DNA of 64,000 nucleotides from contig OZ024740.1 in assembly GCA_964016885.1 (NCBI GenBank), forward strand, positions 38,130,001 through 38,194,000. Reading direction: 5' to 3'. A program made the position numbers and the translations under genes. Source of the DNA: Eledone cirrhosa (lineage: Eukaryota). Positions within the stretch are counted from its first letter, which is position 1, and each line of letters begins with the position of its first letter. This document shows, one piece after another, positions 55,295 through 64,000 of the stretch. The notes under the pieces are model-generated. The model was not told where the DNA came from and did no database searches. It saw only the letters and a program-made list of their open reading frames with translations.

Positions 55295-58200
55295 CGTACT
55301 TATAGTTAATGTGTTGAGAAATGAAGTTTCTACATGTTTGAAATGGTCACATGTATCTATAGTTAATGTGTTGAGAAATGAAGTTTCTACATGTTTGAAA
55401 TGGTCACATGTATCTGTAGTTAATGTGTTGAGAAATGAAGTTTCTACATGTTTGAAATGGTCACATGTATCTATAGTTAATGTGTTGAGAAATGAAGTTT
55501 CTACATGTTTGAAATGGTCACATGTATCTATAGTTAATGTGTTGAGAAATGAAGTTTCTACATGTTTGAAATGGTCACATGTATCTATAGTTAATGTGTT
55601 GAGAAATGAAGTTTTTACATGTTTGAAATGGTCACATGTATCTATAGTTAATGTGTTGAGAAATGAAGTTTCTACATGTTTGAAATGGCCACATGTATCT
55701 ATAGTTAATGTGTTGAGAAATGAAGTTTCTACATGTTTGAAATGGCCACATGTATCTGTAGTTAATGTGTTGAGAAATGAAGTTTCTACATGTTTGAAAT
55801 GGTCACATGTATCTATAGTTGATGTCTAAAGAAATGAAGTTTCTACATGTTTGAAATGGTCACATGTATCTATAGTTAATGTATTGAGAAATGAAGTTTC
55901 TACATGTTTGAAATGGTCACATGTATCTGTAGTTAATGTATTGAGAAATGAAGTTTCTACATGTTTGAAATGGTCACATGTATCTATAGTTAATGTGTTG
56001 AGAAATGAAGTTTCTACATGTTTGAAATGGTCACATGTATCTATAGTTAATGTGTTGAGAAATGAAGTTTCTACATGTTTGAAATGGTCACATGTATCTG
56101 TAGTTAATGTGTTGAGAAATGAAGTTTCTACATGTTTGAAATGGTCACATGTATCTATAGTTAATGTGTTGAGAAATGAAGTTTCTACATGTTTGAAATG
56201 GCCACATGTATCTGTAGTTAATGTGTTGAGAAATGAAGTTTCTACATGTTTGAAATGGTCACATGTATCTATAGTTGATGTCTAAAGAAATGAAGTTTCT
56301 ACATGTTTGAAATGGTCACATGTATCTATAGTTAATGTATTGAGAAATGAAGTTTCTACATGTTTGAAATGGTCACATGTATCTGTAGTTAATGTATTGA
56401 GAAATGAAGTTTCTACATGTTTGAAATGGTCACATGTATCTATAGTTAATGTGTTGAGAAATGAAGTTTCTACATGTTTGAAATGGTCACATGTATCTAT
56501 AGTTAATGTGTTGAGAAATGAAGTTTCTACATGTTTGAAATGGTCACATGTATCTGTAGTTAATGTGTTGAGAAATGAAGTTTCTACATGTTTGAAATGG
56601 TCACATGTATCTATAGTTAATGTGTTGAGAAATGAAGTTTCTACATGTTTGAAATGGTCACATGTATCTATAGTTAATGTGTTGAGAAATGAAGTTTCTA
56701 CATGTTTGAAATGGTCACATGTATCTATAGTTAATGTGTTGAGAAATGAAGTTTCTACATGTTTGAAATGGTCACATGTATCTATAGTTGATGTCTAAAG
56801 AAATGAAGTTTCTACATGTTTGAAATGGTCACATGTATCTATAGTTAATGTATTGAGAAATGAAGTTTCTACATGTTTGAAATGGCCCCATGTATCTATA
56901 GTTAATGTGTTGAGAAATGAAGTTTCTACATGTTTGAAATGGCCACATGTATCTGTAGTTAATGTGTTGAGAAATGAAGTTTCTACATGTTTGAAATGGT
57001 CACATGTATCTATAGTTGATGTCTAAAGAAATGAAGTTTCTACATGTTTGAAATGGTCACATGTATCTATAGTTAATGTATTGAGAAATGAAGTTTCTAC
57101 ATGTTTGAAATGGTCACATGTATCTGTAGTTAATGTATTGAGAAATGAAGTTTCTACATGTTTGAAATGGTCACATGTATCTATAGTTAATGTGTTGAGA
57201 AATGAAGTTTCTACATGTTTGAAATGGTCACATGTATCTATAGTTAATGTGTTGAGAAATGAAGTTTCTACATGTTTGAAATGGTCACATGTATCTGTAG
57301 TTAATGTGTTGAGATATGAAGTTTCTACATGTTTGAAATGGTCACATGTATCTATAGTTAATGTGTTGAGATATGAAGTTTCTACATGTTTGAAATTGTC
57401 ACATGTATCTATAGTTAATGTGTTGAGAAATGAAGTTTCTACATGTTTGAAATGGCCACATGTATCTATAGTTAATGTGTTGAGAAATGAAGTTTCTACA
57501 TGTTTGAAATGGTCACATGTATCTATAGTTAATATGTTGAGAAATGAAGTTTCTACATGTTTGAAATAGTCACATGTATCTGTAGTTAATGTGTTGAGAA
57601 ATGAAGTTTCTACATGTTTGAAATGGTCACATGTATCTATAGTTGATGTCTAAAGAAATGAAGTTTCTACATGTTTGAAATGGTCACATGTATCTATAGT
57701 TAATGTATTGAGAAATGAAGTTTCTACATGTTTGAAATGGTCACATGTATCTATAGTTAATGTGTTGAGAAGTGAAGTTTCTACATGTTTGAAATGGTCA
57801 CATGTATCTGTAGTTAATGTGTTGAGAAATGAAGTTTCTACATGTTTGAAATGGTCACATGTATCTGTAGTTAATGTGTTGAGAAATGAAGTTTCTACAT
57901 GTTTGAAATGGTCACATGTATCTGTAGTTAATGTATTGAGAAATGAAGTTTCTACATGTTTGAAATTGTCACATGTATCTGTAGTTAATGTGTTGAGAAA
58001 TGAAGTTTCTACATGTTTGAAATTGTCACATGTATCTATAGTTAATGTGTTGAGAAATGAAGTTTCTACATGTTTGAAATAGTCACATGTATCTATAGTT
58101 AATGTGTTGAGAAATGAAGTTTCTACATGTTTGAAATGGTCACATGTATCTATAGTTAATGTGTTGAGAAATGAAGTTTCTACATGTTTGAAATGGTCAC

Positions 58201-61200
58201 ATGTATCTATAGTTAATGTGTTGAGAAATGAAGTTTCTACATGTTTGAAATGGTCACATGTATCTATAGTTAATGTGTTGAGAAATGAAGTTTCTACATG
58301 TTTGAAATGGTCACATGTATCTGTAGTTAATGTGTTGAGAAATGAAGTTTCTACATGTTTGAAATTGTCACATGTATCTATAGTTAATGTGTTGAGAAAT
58401 GAAGTTTCTACATGTTTGAAATGGCCACATGTATCTATAGTTAATGTGTTGAGAAATGAAGTTTCTACATGTTTGAAATGGTCACATGTATCTATAGTTG
58501 ATGTCTAAAGAAATTAAGTTTCTACATGTTTGAAATGGTCATATGTATCTGTAGTTAATGTGTTGAGAAATGAAGTTTCTACATGTTTGAAATGGTCACA
58601 TGTATCTATAGTTGATGTCTAAAGAAATGAAGTTTCTACATGTTTGAAATGGTCACATGTATCTGTAGTTAATGTGTTGAGAAATGAAGTTTCTACATGT
58701 TTGAAATGGTCACATGTATCTTTAGTTAATGTATTGAGAAATGAAGTTTCTACATGTTTGAAATGGTCACATGTATCTATAGTTAATGTGTTGAGAAATG
58801 AAGTTTCTACATGTTTGAAATGGTCACATGTATCTGTAGTTAATGTGTTGAGAAATGAAGTTTCTACATGTTTGAAATGGTCACACGTATCTATAGTTGA
58901 TGTCTAAAGAAATGAAGTTTCTACATGTTTGAAATGGTCACATGTATCTATAGTTAATGTGTTGAGAAATGAAGTTTCTACATGTTTGAAATGGTCACAT
59001 GTATCTGTAGTTAATGTGTTGAGATATGAAGTTTCTACATGTTTGAAATGGTCACATGTATCTATAGTTAATGTGTTGAGATATGAAGTTTCTACATGTT
59101 TGAAATGGTCACATGTATCTATAGTTAATGTGTTGAGAAATGAAGTTTCTACATGTTTGAAATGGTCACATGTATCTATAGTTAATGTGTTGAGAAATGA
59201 AGTTTCTACATGTTTGAAATGGTCACATGTATCTATAGTTAATGTGTTGAGAAATGAAGTTTCTACATGTTTGAAATAGTCACATGTATCTGTAGTTAAT
59301 GTGTTGAGAAATGAAGTTTCTACATGTTTGAAATGGTCACATGTATCTATAGTTGATGTCTAAAGAAATGAAGTTTCTACATGTTTGAAATGGTCACATG
59401 TATCTATAGTTAATGTATTGAGAAATGAAGTTTCTACATGTTTGAAATGGTCACATGTATCTATAGTTAATGTGTTGAGAAATGAAGTTTCTACATGTTT
59501 GAAATGGTCACATGTATCTGTAGTTAATGTGTTGAGAAATGAAGTTTCTACATGTTTGAAATGGTCACATGTATCTGTAGTTAATGTGTTGAGAAATGAA
59601 GTTTCTACATGTTTGAAATGGTCACATGTATCTGTAGTTAATGTATTGAGAAATGAAGTTTCTACATGTTTGAAATTGTCACATGTATCTGTAGTTAATG
59701 TGTTGAGAAATGAAGTTTCTACATGTTTGAAATTGTCACATGTATCTATAGTTAATGTGTTGAGAAATGAAGTTTCTACATGTTTGAAATGGTCACATGT
59801 ATCTATAGTTAATGTGTTGAGAAATGAAGTTTCTACATGTTTGAAATGGTCACATGTATCTATAGTTAATGTGTTGAGAAATGAAGTTTCTACATGTTTG
59901 AAATGGTCACATGTATCTATAGTTAATGTGTTGAGAAATGAAGTTTCTACATGTTTGAAATGGTCACATGTATCTATAGTTAATGTGTTGAGAAATGAAG
60001 TTTCTACATGTTTGAAATGGTCACATGTATCTATAGTTAATGTGTTGAGAAATGAAGTTTCTACATGTTTGAAATAGTCACATGTATCTGTAGTTAATGT
60101 GTTGAGAAATGAAGTTTCTACATGTTTGAAATGGTCACATGTATCTATAGTTGATGTCTAAAGAAATGAAGTTTCTACATGTTTGAAATGGTCACATGTA
60201 TCTATAGTTAATGTATTGAGAAATGAAGTTTCTACATGTTTGAAATGGTCACATGTATCTATAGTTAATGTGTTGAGAAATGAAGTTTCTACATGTTTGA
60301 AATGGTCACATGTATCTGTAGTTAATGTGTTGAGAAATGAAGTTTCTACATGTTTGAAATGGTCACATGTATCTGTAGTTAATGTGTTGAGAAATGAAGT
60401 TTCTACATGTTTGAAATGGTCACATGTATCTGTAGTTAATGTATTGAGAAATGAAGTTTCTACATGTTTGAAATTGTCACATGTATCTGTAGTTAATGTG
60501 TTGAGAAATGAAGTTTCTACATGTTTGAAATTGTCACATGTATCTATAGTTAATGTGTTGAGAAATGAAGTTTCTACATGTTTGAAATAGTCACATGTAT
60601 CTATAGTTAATGTGTTGAGAAATGAAGTTTCTACATGTTTGAAATGGTCACATGTATCTATAGTTAATGTGTTGAGAAATGAAGTTTCTACATGTTTGAA
60701 ATGGTCACATGTATCTATAGTTAATGTGTTGAGAAATGAAGTTTCTACATGTTTGAAATGGTCACATGTATCTATAGTTAATGTGTTGAGAAATGAAGTT
60801 TCTACATGTTTGAAATGGTCACATGTATCTATAGTTAATGTGTTGAGAAATGAAGTTTCTACATGTTTGAAATGGTCACATGTATCTATAGTTAATGTGT
60901 TGAGAAATGAAGTTTCTACATGTTTGAAATGGTCACATGTATCTATAGTTAATGTGTTGAGAAATGAAGTTTCTACATGTTTGAAATGGTCACATGTATC
61001 TATAGTTAATGTGTTGAGAAATGAAGTTTCTACATGTTTGAAATGGTCACATGTATCTATAGTTAATGTGTTGAGAAATGAAGTTTCTACATGTTTGAAA
61101 TAGTCACATGTATCTGTAGTTAATGTGTTGAGAAATGAAGTTTCTACATGTTTGAAATGGTCACATGTATCTATAGTTGATGTCTAAAGAAATGAAGTTT

Positions 61201-64000
61201 CTACATGTTTGAAATGGTCACATGTATCTATAGTTAATGTATTGAGAAATGAAGTTTCTACATGTTTGAAATGGTCACATGTATCTATAGTTAATGTGTT
61301 GAGAAATGAAGTTTCTACATGTTTGAAATGGTCACATGTATCTGTAGTTAATGTGTTGAGAAATGAAGTTTCTACATGTTTGAAATGGTCACATGTATCT
61401 GTAGTTAATGTGTTGAGAAATGAAGTTTCTACATGTTTGAAATGGTCACATGTATCTGTAGTTAATGTATTGAGAAATGAAGTTTCTACATGTTTGAAAT
61501 TGTCACATGTATCTGTAGTTAATGTGTTGAGAAATGAAGTTTCTACATGTTTGAAATTGTCACATGTATCTATAGTTAATGTGTTGAGAAATGAAGTTTC
61601 TACATGTTTGAAATAGTCACATGTATCTATAGTTAATGTGTTGAGAAATGAAGTTTCTACATGTTTGAAATGGTCACATGTATCTATAGTTAATGTGTTG
61701 AGAAATGAAGTTTCTACATGTTTGAAATGGTCACATGTATCTATAGTTAATGTGTTGAGAAATGAAGTTTCTACATGTTTGAAATGGTCACATGTATCTA
61801 TAGTTAATGTGTTGAGAAATGAAGTTTCTACATGTTTGAAATGGTCACATGTATCTGTAGTTAATGTGTTGAGAAATGAAGTTTCTACATGTTTGAAATT
61901 GTCACATGTATCTATAGTTAATGTGTTGAGAAATGAAGTTTCTACATGTTTGAAATGGCCACATGTATCTATAGTTAATGTGTTGAGAAATGAAGTTTCT
62001 ACATGTTTGAAATGGTCACATGTATCTATAGTTGATGTCTAAAGAAATTAAGTTTCTACATGTTTGAAATGGTCATATGTATCTGTAGTTAATGTGTTGA
62101 GAAATGAAGTTTCTACATGTTTGAAATGGTCACATGTATCTATAGTTGATGTCTAAAGAAATGAAGTTTCTACATGTTTGAAATGGTCACATGTATCTGT
62201 AGTTAATGTGTTGAGAAATGAAGTTTCTACATGTTTGAAATGGTCACATGTATCTTTAGTTAATGTATTGAGAAATGAAGTTTCTACATGTTTGAAATGG
62301 TCACATGTATCTATAGTTAATGTGTTGAGAAATGAAGTTTCTACATGTTTGAAATGGTCACATGTATCTGTAGTTAATGTGTTGAGAAATGAAGTTTCTA
62401 CATGTTTGAAATGGTCACACGTATCTATAGGTGATGTCTAAAGAAATGAAGTTTCTACATGTTTGAAATGGTCACATGTATCTATAGTTAATGTGTTGAG
62501 AAATGAAGTTTCTACATGTTTGAAATGGTCACATGTATCTGTAGTTAATGTGTTGAGATATGAAGTTTCTACATGTTTGAAATGGTCACATGTATCTATA
62601 GTTAATGTGTTGAGATATGAAGTTTCTACATGTTTGAAATGGTCACATGTATCTATAGTTAATGTGTTGAGAAATGAAGTTTCTACATGTTTGAAATGGT
62701 CACATGTATCTATAGTTAATGTGTTGAGAAATGAAGTTTCTACATGTTTGAAATGGTCACATGTATCTATAGTTAATGTGTTGAGAAATGAAGTTTCTAC
62801 ATGTTTGAAATAGTCACATGTATCTGTAGTTAATGTGTTGAGAAATGAAGTTTCTACATGTTTGAAATGGTCACATGTATCTATAGTTGATGTCTAAAGA
62901 AATGAAGTTTCTACATGTTTGAAATGGTCACATGTATCTATAGTTAATGTATTGAGAAATGAAGTTTCTACATGTTTGAAATGGTCACATGTATCTATAG
63001 TTAATGTGTTGAGAAATGAAGTTTCTACATGTTTGAAATGGTCACATGTATCTGTAGTTAATGTGTTGAGAAATGAAGTTTCTACATGTTTGAAATGGTC
63101 ACATGTATCTATAGTTAATGTGTTGAGAAATGAAGTTTCTACATGTTTGAAATGGTCACATGTATCTGTAGTTAATGTGTTGAGAAATGAAGTTTCTACA
63201 TGTTTGAAATGGTCACATGTATCTATAGTTAATGTGTTGAGAAATGAAGTTTCTACATGTTTGAAATGGTCACATGTATCTATAGTTAATGTGTTGAGAA
63301 ATGAAGTTTCTACATGTTTGAAATGGTCACATGTATCTATAGTTAATGTGTTGAGAAATGAAGTTTCTACATGTTTGAAATGGTCACATGTATCTATAGT
63401 TGATGTCTAAAGAAATGAAGTTTCTACATGTTTGAAATGGTCACATGTATCTATAGTTAATGTATTGAGAAATGAAGTTTCTACATGTTTGAAATGGCCC
63501 CATGTATCTATAGTTAATGTGTTGAGAAATGAAGTTTCTACATGTTTGAAATGGCCACATGTATCTGTAGTTAATGTGTTGAGAAATGAAGTTTCTACAT
63601 GTTTGAAATGGTCACATGTATCTATAGTTGATGTCTAAAGAAATGAAGTTTCTACATGTTTGAAATGGTCACATGTATCTATAGTTAATGTATTGAGAAA
63701 TGAAGTTTCTACATGTTTGAAATGGTCACATGTATCTGTAGTTAATGTATTGAGAAATGAAGTTTCTACATGTTTGAAATGGTCACATGTATCTATAGTT
63801 AATGTGTTGAGAAATGAAGTTTCTACATGTTTGAAATGGTCACATGTATCTATAGTTAATGTGTTGAGAAATGAAGTTTCTACATGTTTGAAATGGTCAC
63901 ATGTATCTGTAGTTAATGTGTTGAGATATGAAGTTTCTACATGTTTGAAATGGTCACATGTATCTATAGTTAATGTGTTGAGATATGAAGTTTCTACATG
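55295..64000. repeat. 57-bp tandem array B (>150 units; GTATCTATAGTTAATGTGTTGAGAAATGAAGTTTCTACATGTTTGAAATGGTCACAT), runs off the window
   Basis: 19-aa periodic ORFs broken by a recurrent GATGTCTAAAG variant. Confidence 0.98.

Noticed and set aside
55311-63638. Repeated LRNEVSTCLKWSHVSIVNV ORFs
   Set aside because: Satellite translations with recurrent stops, antisense to the host gene.

Overview
AT-rich, repeat-dense animal genomic DNA; the SINE, RTE and microsatellite landscape suggests an octopod cephalopod (inference). The only host gene is a minus-strand SLC6 (NSS) Na+/Cl- transporter of the glycine/amino-acid branch. I assembled 11 coding exons between 51886 and 14851, all with GT-AG borders and compatible phases. 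The TM1 exon is not in the window and the terminal exon is tentative. The rest consists of a decayed Buster-type hAT transposon with a nested MULE-like MITE, a near full-length frameshifted CR1-like LINE, three RTE LINE families, tRNA-derived SINEs, piggyBac-like MITEs, a Helitron-like element, tandem arrays (20, 25, 48, 57, 57 and 76 bp units), a 2.2 kb (TA/CA)n tract and a 200-N gap. Most noteworthy: (i) several Penelope-type minimal hammerhead ribozyme motifs, in tandem and fold-back arrangements, in the SLC6 introns; (ii) unusual ion- and substrate-site residues in the transporter; (iii) long intronic dsRNA structures that could support ADAR editing or circRNA formation; (iv) a 9.3 kb 57-bp array with one frame free of stop codons; (v) a PHD-like finger inside RTE ORF2.
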